From: Frateuria aurantia DSM 6220
GTDB lineage: Bacteria > Pseudomonadota > Gammaproteobacteria > Xanthomonadales > Rhodanobacteraceae
Length of the DNA: 40,000 nucleotides
Direction of reading: 5' to 3'
NCBI RefSeq assembly: GCF_000242255.2
Contig: NC_017033.1
Span: 2,079,110-2,119,109 of the forward strand
Below are positions 1 through 9,316 of the stretch, one piece after another; positions within the stretch are counted from its first letter, which is position 1, and every line of letters begins with the position of its first letter. Under the pieces are notes generated by a model that was given only the letters and a program-made list of their open reading frames with translations, did no database searches and was not told the DNA's origin. The position numbers and the translations under genes are program-made.

Positions 1-141
1 ACGGGGCACCAACGACAGCAGACCGGCTGCAGGCGACAAGAGCCGCCCAGCATCCGACTGAGTCCATGCCGGCCGGACGCAGCGTGCATAAGCATCGAGC
101 GACCAGACCGGCATGCATCGCGGTCCGCATCAGCGGCAGCT

Positions 142-918
142 TCAGACATACTGCAACACAGGCTGGCCGGTTTGCCCGGAACTGGACCTCGAAGCAGGCT
201 CCCGCGTCCAGTAGGCAGCGGCATCGACCCGGGCCGAGAGCACCGCACCGGCAAGATCCTGACGAATCGCGCTGACCAGCGTCATCTCACCAGCCAGAAA
301 AATCTGCCCCGTCCCCACTGGCAGGCACAGGCCGGCAAGGGTTTCCCTCAGCCGTCCCTCGGGTGCCGGCTCGCGGTCTCTGGCCAGCCAGTGGACCTCG
401 GTACCGTCCGGATAGCCAAGTGCCTGGATATCATCCACCGTAGGCACTTCAATGACGACACACGTTGGTCGGCCATCCTCAGGCAGGAATTCCAGGATGC
501 TGGCGATCGCCGGCAAAGCCGTCTCGTCGCCCGCCAGCAAATACCAGTCGGCCGCCGGATCCAGCTGATAACCGCCATCAGCGCCCCCCAGATAGGCCAC
601 ATCCCCGACCACGGCGCGTCTGGCCCATGCCGCTACCGGGCCGGCATCGGCATGCAGCACGAAATCAACCACCACCACACCCCAGCCGCGGTAGGCACCA
701 CGAATGGTGTAGGCCCGCTGGACCAGGCCGGATCCTGACACATCCGGGATCCCTACCTTCAACCATTGGGCCGGCAAGCTTACCGCAAGGCTGGCAAGCG
801 TCTCGCCCTCGAAAACGATACGCCGGAGATGCGGCCCCAGCTGCAGGACTTCATCCACGACCACGCGATGTGGCATCGGCGATACGGCCATGGCAGCTTC
901 CTCAAGTTCGATCATCAC
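142..918 (-). CDS. siderophore-interacting protein / ferric-siderophore reductase (SIP/ViuB family)
   Basis: 258-aa ORF with the FAD-binding motif 'RAYTIRG' and the NAD(P)-binding-type motif 'LLAGDETALPAI', both typical of the SIP family. The true start may be the internal Met near 891. Confidence 0.75.
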   Translation of the reverse strand: MMIELEEAAMAVSPMPHRVVVDEVLQLGPHLRRIVFEGETLASLAVSLPAQWLKVGIPDVSGSGLVQRAYTIRGAYRGWGVVVVDFVLHADAGPVAAWARRAVVGDVAYLGGADGGYQLDPAADWYLLAGDETALPAIASILEFLPEDGRPTCVVIEVPTVDDIQALGYPDGTEVHWLARDREPAPEGRLRETLAGLCLPVGTGQIFLAGEMTLVSAIRQDLAGAVLSARVDAAAYWTREPASRSSSGQTGQPVLQYV

Positions 919-1158
919 AGCTCCTGCAAAGACAAAGAAGACGCCGACCGGCCTGCATCTCGCGGCCGAAAGCCGGCGGCGATCTGTCCTTGGCGCATAC
1001 AGGATGCTGGTGGCTGAGGATCAAGGCCGACTGACCGGCCATCGACACGATGGCCGGATCGGCAAATCCACTTTAAGCGCGGCCACCGCTGTCGTCATTG
1101 CATAATTTGGTCGGCTTATTGTCCAATACGGACAAATCTCGAACCCGCAGACAACCGC

Positions 1159-2049
1159 ATGACCACGGTGACTTTCCGCCTCTCGCAACACCCATCGGAA
1201 GACACGGTGGTCTATGACCACCCGATGCTGGTCGCCGAGGTCGACAGCATTCCTCGTCCGGTGGCAGCCAAATTGTCGACCCGGATCAGCAAGCATTGGG
1301 AACGCGCCACGCATCATCATCGCAAGGCTCAGCTGCTGTATTCAGTCCGTGGCTTGCTGCGCTGCCAGATTGCCGACGGCATCTGGATCGTGCCCCCTCA
1401 GTGCGCCATCTGGATCCCAGGCGACCTGCCGCATTCCGTGCGTGGCTCGGGTGAGACCGAATGTTACTGTCTGTTTGTCGAACCCGATGCCTTGCCCGGT
1501 TTGCCGCGGCAATGCTGCACCTTGAGCGTATCGCCGCTGCTGCGGGAATTGCTGACCAAGGCCGCCGGCTTTGATGAACTTTATCCCCGCCATGGCAAGG
1601 AGGACCGTCTGGTGGCGACCTTGCTGGACGAGCTGGCAGAAGCCCCGGTGGAACATCTGCACCTGCCGATCCCCCGTGACGCGCGCCTGCGACGCCTGAG
1701 CGACCTGCTGCTGGCCGACCCGGCCGACAAACAGGCCGCCAGTGCCTGGGCCAGTCGAGTCGGCATGAGCGAACGCCATATGAGCCGACTGCTGAGTCAG
1801 GAAATCGGCATGAGCTTCGGCCAGTGGCGCAGGCAGTTGCATATCACCTTGGCGGTGCAGCATCTGACCCGCGGCCTCAGTGTCCAGGCCGTCGCAATGG
1901 CGCTGGGCTACGAGAACGCCAGCGGCTTTGTGACCATGTTCCGCAAGGCCGTCGGCCAGTCACCGGGGCGCTACCTGTCCGGGCGGCACGCAGCCGCCGG
2001 TCGCGGTGAAAACGTACCGGCAAACGTGCCGATCAGCGTTCCGGAGTAA
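1159..2049 (+). CDS. AraC family transcriptional regulator (cupin N-domain plus HTH)
   Basis: 296-aa ORF. The C-terminus has the AraC-type double HTH ('MALGYENASGFVTMFRKAVGQSPGRY'). It is divergent from the SIP gene. Confidence 0.85.
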   Translation: MTTVTFRLSQHPSEDTVVYDHPMLVAEVDSIPRPVAAKLSTRISKHWERATHHHRKAQLLYSVRGLLRCQIADGIWIVPPQCAIWIPGDLPHSVRGSGETECYCLFVEPDALPGLPRQCCTLSVSPLLRELLTKAAGFDELYPRHGKEDRLVATLLDELAEAPVEHLHLPIPRDARLRRLSDLLLADPADKQAASAWASRVGMSERHMSRLLSQEIGMSFGQWRRQLHITLAVQHLTRGLSVQAVAMALGYENASGFVTMFRKAVGQSPGRYLSGRHAAAGRGENVPANVPISVPE

Positions 2050-2096
2050 GCCAGGACGACACAGCGCGGCATGGGCGCCTGCGCTGTGCACCGACT

Positions 2097-3860
2097 TCAG
2101 TGCATGCCAGTGCCTGCACTTTCGCCCTGATAGAAAGCCAGCTTGGAGGTGTGGCCGACCCCTGGATTGAAGCAGTTGCAGGGATCCAGGTTACGGTAAT
2201 GCCCGCTCAGCGCCGGCTTGGCCACATACAGATGCCCGACATTGTGTTCGGCGGGATATTCTGCCCCGCGTTCGTCGAGCAGCTTCCACATCTTGTGCTC
2301 GATCGCCATGCAGTCATGGCCCTTTTCCACGATGTAATCCTGATGGAAAACATGGCAGAGAAAGTGGCCGTAATACAGCTTGCGCATGATCGGCTGCTCG
2401 ATGTCAGGCGGCAGGGTCTCCTGCCACTGGCGCGCGTTGCGGGGCAGCGCGATATCCAGCGCCAGAATGTCTTCCACCGTGCTCGAATGCACCGCCCGAT
2501 AGCGGTTGGCCGCGCCGGCAGCGGCAAAACGGTGCAGAAAGGCCTTGGCTCCTTCATCCGGCGTGCATTCGAAAAACCCGCCCGTGGCCTGGCTGAAATA
2601 ACGCCGCAGAAAGACCCGGGCTTCCTCGGTACCCTCGGCTGACACCTTGAGCAGCAGGTGATGATCGTACTTCTTGTTGAACTCGCGCATCCGCCGCGGC
2701 AGATGTTTTGGAAACAGATGGCTGGCCGCCTGCAGCAAACGGTCCGTCAGGTGTTTGGGCAGAAACGGGATCCGCTCGAAAATGGCGTCGCATTTCGCCT
2801 TCAGGGCAAACATAGCCGGCAGGCGCGAGGTGCCCAGATGATGGATCATTAGGAAGGTGTCCTTGCCGTATTGCTCGGCAATCTCGAACGCATCGCGATG
2901 CAGGTATTCACCGGAAATCGGCAAATGCCTGAAGTTCGCCAGCACCTCACGCCGGATATCGGTCAGCTCGTCGGCGCTGTTGGTTCCGATATAGAACACC
3001 TGCGCGTTTTTCTGGATCGGAAAGGTATCGAGCCGTACGGCGAAGACCATGACCTTGCCCGCCGAGCCCGATGATTCATACAACCGGCCGGGGTCGGCAT
3101 TGAAGCGAGCCGGCGTGGGTTCATCGACCTTGCGTACATGCTCGACATAATCATGGTCATGACCGGCACCCGCATCGTGACGGATATCACGCTCCGGCAG
3201 CTGCCCCTTGTCGAGGCGTGACAGCACTTCCTCCTCGCTGCCGGCCAGATCCACCCCGAGATGATTGACCAGATGCAGATCACCTTTGGCATCGACCTGG
3301 GCGAACACCGACATCTGGGTATAGGCCGGGCCACGCTGCACCAGCGCACCGCCGGAATTGTTGCAGATCCCGCCAAACACCGAGGCGCCGATGCAACTGG
3401 ACCCGATCACCGAATGGGGCTCGCGGCCGACCGGACGCAAGGCCTGTTCCAGCTGGTCCAGGGTCGCCCCGGGCAGACAGACGACCTGCTTGCCACCATC
3501 GATCAGATAGATCTTCTTGATGCGCAAGGTACTGACGATCACGATGTCGCGATCATAGTCATCGCCGTCCGGGGTCGATCCCCCGGTAAGACCCGTATTC
3601 GAAGCCTGCGAAATGACAATGACATTGGCCTCGATGCATGCCTTCAGCACCCGCCATTGCTCCACCAGGGTGGCAGGGCGCACCACGGCCAGCGCCTTGC
3701 CGGTACCGAACCGGATGCCGGTGCGGTACCTACGGGTCTGGCTCTCCGCGGTCAGTACATGATCGCGGCCGACAATCGCCTGCAGATCGGATACCAGACG
3801 GCCTGGCGTCACGCCGCCATGCAACGAAGCGGCGGAAACCCTCGAGGAAACGGCAGACAT
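2097..3860 (-). CDS. dld: FAD-dependent D-lactate dehydrogenase (quinone), Dld type
   Basis: 587 aa from ATG 3860, which has AAGGAG 6 nt upstream. The longer ORF-track start at 3986 is rejected. It has an N-terminal FAD-binding PCMH-type region ('VISQASNTGLTGGSTPDG') and the long Dld-specific C-terminal region. Confidence 0.85.
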   Translation of the reverse strand: MSAVSSRVSAASLHGGVTPGRLVSDLQAIVGRDHVLTAESQTRRYRTGIRFGTGKALAVVRPATLVEQWRVLKACIEANVIVISQASNTGLTGGSTPDGDDYDRDIVIVSTLRIKKIYLIDGGKQVVCLPGATLDQLEQALRPVGREPHSVIGSSCIGASVFGGICNNSGGALVQRGPAYTQMSVFAQVDAKGDLHLVNHLGVDLAGSEEEVLSRLDKGQLPERDIRHDAGAGHDHDYVEHVRKVDEPTPARFNADPGRLYESSGSAGKVMVFAVRLDTFPIQKNAQVFYIGTNSADELTDIRREVLANFRHLPISGEYLHRDAFEIAEQYGKDTFLMIHHLGTSRLPAMFALKAKCDAIFERIPFLPKHLTDRLLQAASHLFPKHLPRRMREFNKKYDHHLLLKVSAEGTEEARVFLRRYFSQATGGFFECTPDEGAKAFLHRFAAAGAANRYRAVHSSTVEDILALDIALPRNARQWQETLPPDIEQPIMRKLYYGHFLCHVFHQDYIVEKGHDCMAIEHKMWKLLDERGAEYPAEHNVGHLYVAKPALSGHYRNLDPCNCFNPGVGHTSKLAFYQGESAGTGMH

Positions 3861-4091
3861 CGACAACTCCTTGAAATGGACGGGCATGGGTAGCGGAAAG
3901 GCAGCCAGCCACAGCAGGTCAGCCACAGCCCTTTGCCGTCGCCTGCGACCTGCGGCGCACAGTTTAATAAGCGCCGGCCCATACAATCAAAGATCAGCAA
4001 CACGAGACCTCGATATCGAAATAGTATGGAATTCTCAGAACGTTCCCTGCAATCATCGTGCCGCCCTGATCCATCACGAGAGCCGAAGTCC

Positions 4092-5036
4092 ATGGAATTT
4101 CGTCAACTCCGCTATTTTCTGGCCGTCGCCGAGCACCTCCACTTCACCCTGGCCGCCGAGCGGCTCGGCATCGCCCAGCCGCCGCTGAGCCATCAGATCA
4201 TGAAGCTCGAGCGCGAAATCGGCACCCGGCTGTTTATCCGCCACCCTCGCCGAGTCGAGCTGACCGAAGCCGGCCGCATCTTCAAGGAACGGGCCCGCCG
4301 CGTACTGGATGAGGCTGAAGATGCGCTCGAACATGTCAGAAAGGCCGCTCGCGGTGAAAGCGGCCAGATTTCGATCGGCTTCGCGGGTTCGACCGTATTC
4401 CACCCGGCCGTGGCCACCACCTTGCGGCGATTTCGCCAGCAGTATCCTCAGGTCATGATCAAGACCGAGGAAAGCAACAGCACCGCCTTGCTGGACAAAG
4501 TCATCGACGAGCAGGTCGACTGCGCCCTTATCCGCCTGCCCCTGCATTGCCGCGACCTGCGGGTCGAGCCGCTGGTGGATGAAGACATGATCGCGGTACT
4601 GCCGTCGGGACATGCACTGGGACGCCGGCGCCAGCTGAAACTTGAACAACTGGCTACCGAGAGCTTTATCCTGTTTCCGCGCGCCATCGGACCGGATCTT
4701 TACGACTCCATCATCAGCGCCTGCCGCGCCGCCGGTTTCTCGCCTCGTGTGGAAATGGAGTCTCCGCAGATATCGTCAACCATCAATATGGTGGCCGCCG
4801 GCTTCGGTGTCACCATCATCCCTGCCTCGATACGCCAGCTGCTGGCCACCGGCATCAGTTATCACCCGTTGGCCAAACCGCCCCTGAAAACGGCCATCGC
4901 CCTGATTTCGCGGCCAAGAGAACCCTCGGTCATCGTCCAGCACTTTCTGCAGAGCCTGCGCGAAGTCGCTGCCGAATCGGCTGCGGTGGCGAAACCACAA
5001 ATCCTTGCCGCCCGGCATCCATCGCGAGGGCAGTAG
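4092..5036 (+). CDS. LysR family transcriptional regulator
   Basis: Starts 'MEFRQLRYFLAVAEHLHFTLAAERLGIAQPPLSHQI', the canonical LysR HTH. It is divergent from dld. The upstream part of ORF 3933..5036 is treated as non-coding. It ends with TAG. Confidence 0.9.
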   Translation: MEFRQLRYFLAVAEHLHFTLAAERLGIAQPPLSHQIMKLEREIGTRLFIRHPRRVELTEAGRIFKERARRVLDEAEDALEHVRKAARGESGQISIGFAGSTVFHPAVATTLRRFRQQYPQVMIKTEESNSTALLDKVIDEQVDCALIRLPLHCRDLRVEPLVDEDMIAVLPSGHALGRRRQLKLEQLATESFILFPRAIGPDLYDSIISACRAAGFSPRVEMESPQISSTINMVAAGFGVTIIPASIRQLLATGISYHPLAKPPLKTAIALISRPREPSVIVQHFLQSLREVAAESAAVAKPQILAARHPSRGQ

Positions 5037-5541
5037 AGGCAGACTGCCGACTTGACGGGACAATCGATAGTGCAACTGTCAGCAGGTCACCTGCGGCAGC
5101 CTTCCAGGCGCGGTCATCCCCCCCCGGCCGACAGATGTCATGACTTCCATGCCTGATCCGAAGCGTATCAAGAAACAGGCAGCCTCGATCATCCGGAATG
5201 TTCTCTGACACGCCATCCATCACCGCTGTCGACGCCCCCACCATCAAGGTCCGGTATGACGGCCAAGGCCCGGTGTCGTCGGTGCAGATATTTTTGCTAC
5301 GTAACGGATATATTATTGCGACCGCGCCTTCCGTAACGCCGAGACCCTGACATGGAATCCTTGCCACGGACAATCTTGCCGAACTGGCCCTCCATCCTGG
5401 CAGCATGCATGACTTCAACGTACTGCCTGCCGATCTGACCGCCATCGGCAAGCAGGCCTCGGCCGATGCTCTGCAGGGCCAAGTCTCCGCACGCACGGCG
5501 CAAGCGCCGACCGGCTGGATATCAACCGCCGGCAACCGCCA

Positions 5542-6258
5542 TCACCACGCCACCGGCTGGCCGAATCGATCCAGATAGGCCAAGCCGCGCTGTCCACGGC
5601 GGGCGATCAATACATCCACGATATCCGGAATCGTCTCTTCCAGGCTGAAGGGTGCCTGCGGGCCACCCAGTCCGGTACGGATCCAGCCGGGAGCCAGCAG
5701 CAACAGGGCCGGCCCGGCATCGCCCTGCCGGGCCGCATAACTGCGCATGGCCTGATTCAGAGCCGCCTTGCTGCTGCGATACAGCTCCCGCCGGCCCTGG
5801 ACATTGTTGCCGATGCTGCCCTGGCCTGATGACATCACGCCGATCACCCCGTCGGCCGGCACCCGTAACCGAAAAGCCTCGATCACCCGCATCGGCCCCA
5901 GCACATTGGTCAGCATCACTTTCTGGAAAGCATCCATATCCACTTCGCCCAGGGCCTGATCGGGCAGATCGTTAGTTGTCCCCGCATTGACGAAAACCAC
6001 ATCCAGACGGCGATCCGACATGGCGCCTGCCAATATCTTGATGGACTCCGAGCTGGTGATATCAAGCGACTGGATCTCGAGGCTCTCCGGATGCCGTGCA
6101 GCCAATTCAAGCAATGCCGCAGGGCTGGGCTGCCGTGCCGTTGCCACAACCTGCCAGCCCCGACGCAGCAGCTCCTGGCTGATCGCCAAGCCGATGCCGC
6201 GCGAAGCTCCGATCAGCAAAGCGGTCGGCTTCGTCCGTTGCGGCTGTTCTTCCGTCAT
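5542..6258 (-). CDS. short-chain dehydrogenase/reductase (SDR)
   Basis: 238 aa from ATG 6258 ('MTEEQPQRTKPTALLIGASRGIGLA'). It has the Rossmann motif G-x-S-R-G-I-G, 'NAG', and the catalytic 'YRSSKAAL'. Confidence 0.85.
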   Translation of the reverse strand: MTEEQPQRTKPTALLIGASRGIGLAISQELLRRGWQVVATARQPSPAALLELAARHPESLEIQSLDITSSESIKILAGAMSDRRLDVVFVNAGTTNDLPDQALGEVDMDAFQKVMLTNVLGPMRVIEAFRLRVPADGVIGVMSSGQGSIGNNVQGRRELYRSSKAALNQAMRSYAARQGDAGPALLLLAPGWIRTGLGGPQAPFSLEETIPDIVDVLIARRGQRGLAYLDRFGQPVAW

Positions 6259-7271
6259 GTCAATCACCTGATCCGCCATATCCGGCATCCAGTCTGCCGC
6301 CCGCACAGACGCCGTACCAGACGCACCTGGTGCAATCATGACTTGCGCACGACGCCCATGACTGAGGGTCGCTGACGGCTTCAGGTCAGACCAACGTGCA
6401 CCGGCCACCACATCATCAGCTTGCAGCATCGTTGGCTGGGCGCATCGGAGACTGGATCCGTGTACGAGTACCACCACGGCACCGCCACAGCGACATTCGC
6501 ACTGCCAGCCATGCCCCGGAGCGACAGGCGGGTGAAGACATCACATTCACGAAGGCGCTGGATGAGGTCTATGCCTGCGCCCGCGCGAATCATCCAGCGC
6601 ACTCGTCGGACGGCACGCAAAACTGGGCGCCCATCGAAGTGTCACCCTCAACCCTGGGTGTGACGGCGTTCTGGAGGTCTTCACCAAGATCATAGTTCAA
6701 CGGCCACATAAATCAGGCGACAAGTATCCTGGCACGCACCGGACCGGATCGACAGATGTGCCAGCCAGCAAGCCCTTGACGTGCGGCACGGGCCAAGGCG
6801 CGACGCCCATGGTCAGCTGCCGTCCAAGCCGCTTGCTGATGCCCAGACAGCGCCGATTTCCTGAGCAACATCACCATGCCTCTGCCGCGCCAGATCATGG
6901 CCACCTGGATCACGACCAAGTCGTGATTTGTATTCAGACACTTCACATTGGCAACGCCAGCATGGTTTGCACATCACTGTTGCCCATCATGAAATCAGCG
7001 CCAAGCCGACAACGACATCTCCGTCAGCCTGAAAGATGAGGCCCGATGCACGGCCAGCGCAATGGACAAGACCACAGCATTCAGTCGGCCATGCCGACAG
7101 CATCGACACAGCAACCGTTTCTGTTTGCCGAAACAAATGATCGCAGGCGCAACCCGACCAGCCTCTGCCCTACCGAAATACAAGCACCGCCGATCAGTCC
7201 TCATCGGGATCACCCCATCGGCCACGTAGTGACCTGAGCCATCACCTTACCCGTACAGATTCGGACGGATC

Positions 7272-8108
7272 ATGACCGCCTTGCAGCTGCCCTGCACCAT
7301 CTTCCAGACCCAGCACCGGATGAATGATTACGGCGCCAGAGATATGCGCTGCGGAGATCTGACCGCAGAACAGCTCAAGCGCCAGTTTCATCTGGAGAAG
7401 ATCTCGATCCAGGTCGATCCCTACACGCTGAAGAAATTACGATCTTCCAGCCCCCTGCAATATGCCCTTGATGACTTCTACAGAAATGAAGAAACCATCA
7501 CGGCAGAACAATGCGCCCGATTGCTGTTCGACGAATTCCGCCGCGAATCCCATGCCTTCGCCTTCTACGGTCCCTATCGGCACCTGATCATTGGAATGAT
7601 CAACCATATGCAATACGGAAATGGCGCCCCTTTCAAGCGTCCATTGCTCGATACGGCCACAAGGGAGCAGATCCTCCATAACACGACATCCAACAGCTCC
7701 TTGCTTAATATCCAGGCGACACTCAAGAACAACATCGACTGGAAACAAGCAATCTATCATGAAGAAAAGAAATGGATGCTGACCAAGGCCGTAAAAGATT
7801 CTCGACTTCCAAAATTCACACATCTCAAACATTACATCAATGGACTAGGGATATCGGTACACGACACATGGTCAACATGCATCACCCTTGAAGACCTCGC
7901 CGTCCACAAAAACACCTATTATGCCACCTTGCATTACAGGATCCAGGATCACTTTGGCCTCGACGAGGCAGACATTTCAGGGCCGATACTATCCAGACTG
8001 GCGATATTTCGCATCTGGTTTGTACTTCAACATTATCAGAGATTCGGATTCAAGCCATACATCACAAGTATGGATGCCAAGCTGGAAATAAGCGAGGCAT
8101 CGAAATGA
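7272..8108 (+). CDS. hypothetical soluble protein, candidate toxin/effector. From memory it resembles the DUF3289 family; this is unverified.
   Basis: 278-aa ORF in a visibly AT-rich stretch. Its stop overlaps the next start (ATGA at 8105-8108). I recall the N-terminus 'LPCTIFQTQHRMNDYGARDMRCGDL' and the C-terminus 'QRFGFKPYIT' from DUF3289-type proteins. A C-terminal fragment of a paralogue lies at 8834-8917. Confidence 0.6.
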   Translation: MTALQLPCTIFQTQHRMNDYGARDMRCGDLTAEQLKRQFHLEKISIQVDPYTLKKLRSSSPLQYALDDFYRNEETITAEQCARLLFDEFRRESHAFAFYGPYRHLIIGMINHMQYGNGAPFKRPLLDTATREQILHNTTSNSSLLNIQATLKNNIDWKQAIYHEEKKWMLTKAVKDSRLPKFTHLKHYINGLGISVHDTWSTCITLEDLAVHKNTYYATLHYRIQDHFGLDEADISGPILSRLAIFRIWFVLQHYQRFGFKPYITSMDAKLEISEASK

Positions 8109-8575
8109 AGTCCAAATCAAAAAAAATGATATGCACAGCCATCTCAAGCCTTGCCCTTGCCACTATCTATCTTGCATGGCTTGAGTGGCGACCTGTTCTC
8201 ATCATCGTCAATCATCAATATCGAAGCTATAGCGATATACTCGTGATGAATATGCCGCTGACGGATACTGCAAAGATAAAATGGTGGCAAAAACACAAGC
8301 TTGAACTGAAGCGACTGTACAACATACCCCAACCTGAACCCGATGGATGGTACGTAGTCAACTTCTGGCTGTTCCATGATGGTTACAAGGAAGATGATGG
8401 TTACGACCGCCTGTGTTTTGATGACATGAAGACCAAGGCGCACTGCATCGACAAGGATCGCGTCTTCTCCGTGCAATGGAGCCAAAACCAAGGCACCGAA
8501 CTTACCGTTCATGACGGCTATTACTTGTATGATAAAAATGGTCGACTTCGAAAATTCAAATTCGAACCCCTTTGA
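8105..8575 (+). CDS. small membrane-anchored protein, candidate immunity partner. From memory it resembles the DUF943 family; this is unverified.
   Basis: 156-aa ORF with a Lys-rich N-terminus followed by one hydrophobic helix ('ICTAISSLALATIYLAWLEW'). It has the motif 'YDRLCFDDMKTK' and is translationally coupled to 7272..8108. Confidence 0.6.
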   Translation: MKSKSKKMICTAISSLALATIYLAWLEWRPVLIIVNHQYRSYSDILVMNMPLTDTAKIKWWQKHKLELKRLYNIPQPEPDGWYVVNFWLFHDGYKEDDGYDRLCFDDMKTKAHCIDKDRVFSVQWSQNQGTELTVHDGYYLYDKNGRLRKFKFEPL

Positions 8576-8666
8576 ACTACCGGCACCCGGCCGGCACAAA
8601 TTCCACGTGCAACCCCCTCATGCTCGATCGCGGCCATATCCAAGATCTACACCTGCCACCAGCCAA

Positions 8667-8801
8667 GAAAACCAGGCCGTCATTGTGATTGAGCGCCATA
8701 ACGGTGCCAGCTTGTGCATCATTGCCCGGCGGATTCAGCGCTCCGCCACCACCAGTCGCGAACTGACTCGATCAGGCTGGGCATCAAAGACCGCCTGCTG
8801 A
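8667..8801 (+). pseudogene. N-terminal HTH fragment of an IS30-like transposase
   Basis: The translation 'ENQAVIVIERHNGASLCIIARRIQRSATTSRELTRSG' matches the IS30-type pattern (G-x-S-x-x-x-IAR-x-x-x-RS-x-x-T-x-SREL-x-R). No catalytic domain follows. Confidence 0.35.
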
Positions 8802-8833
8802 CGCGATGGAAGCGAGAGGCCGAGACGACTGGC

Positions 8834-8917
8834 CAAAGATTTGGCTTCAAACCTTTCATGACCAATAGCGACGTCACCGTTGAAATAAACGGAGCAGCCC
8901 GTGAAACCCGGCCATAG
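8834..8917 (+). pseudogene. orphan C-terminal fragment of a paralogue of the 278-aa protein
   Basis: 'QRFGFKPFMTNSDVTVEI' compares with 'QRFGFKPYITSMDAKLEI' at the C-terminus of 7272..8108. No homologous upstream body was found. Confidence 0.4.
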
Positions 8918-9001
8918 AATTTTCCTGTCGATATGTATAGCGACCGTGTAATGACCCACTGAAAAGCTGCTCAGGTGTTACTTTCCCCGAAGGAGACACC
9001 G

Positions 9002-9316
9002 ATGAGCGAAATGATGGACGAAGAGATCAAGCGCTGGACCGCCCGGCGCAAGTCGGCATTGGTCCTTGAGATCATCCAGGGCAAGACGACGGTGGCCGCG
9101 GCCAGCCGGCAGTTCGACCTGACCCTGGCGGAGATTGAAAGCTGGGTGGAGGACGGCAAGCGCGGCATGGAGAACGCGCTGCGGGCCAAGCCAGAGGATG
9201 TACGCGAGCAGTACGAGCGGCAGTTGAAGGATTTGCAGGAAGCCTACGGCGAGGCCATGCTGGAGATCCGCGCCCGAAAAAAGCTGGCATCCCTGCTGGG
9301 AAAGGACGAGAGCTGA
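9002..9316 (+). CDS. IS3-family transposase OrfA (HTH)
   Basis: ATG 9002 has AAGGAG upstream. The product 'MSEMMDEEIKRWTARRKSALVLEIIQGKTTVAAASRQFDL' is typical of IS3/IS407 OrfA. The slippery A-AAA-AAG heptamer at 9277-9283 is in the correct phase. Confidence 0.9.
   Translation: MSEMMDEEIKRWTARRKSALVLEIIQGKTTVAAASRQFDLTLAEIESWVEDGKRGMENALRAKPEDVREQYERQLKDLQEAYGEAMLEIRARKKLASLLGKDES
9277..9283 (+). promoter_or_regulatory. programmed -1 ribosomal frameshift heptamer A AAA AAG
   Basis: The A6G motif is phased as X-XXY-YYZ in the orfA frame, and the orfB frame is -1. Confidence 0.7.

Noticed and set aside
66-1105. Several plus-strand ORFs (66-275, 172-738, 465-1034, 766-1017, 890-1105)
   Set aside because: They overlap, antisense or out of frame, with the well-supported siderophore-interacting protein gene and have Arg/Pro-rich translations.
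4930-5535. 201-aa minus-strand ORF, and a 50-aa plus-strand ORF (~5197-5349, 'MFSDTPSITAVDAPTIKVRYDGQGPVSSVQIFLLRNGYIIATAPSVTPRP'), in the convergent LysR/SDR intergenic region
   Set aside because: The long ORF has no motifs and a shadow-like composition. The short one looks protein-like but lacks an SD and any recognisable family, so the evidence is insufficient to call a gene.
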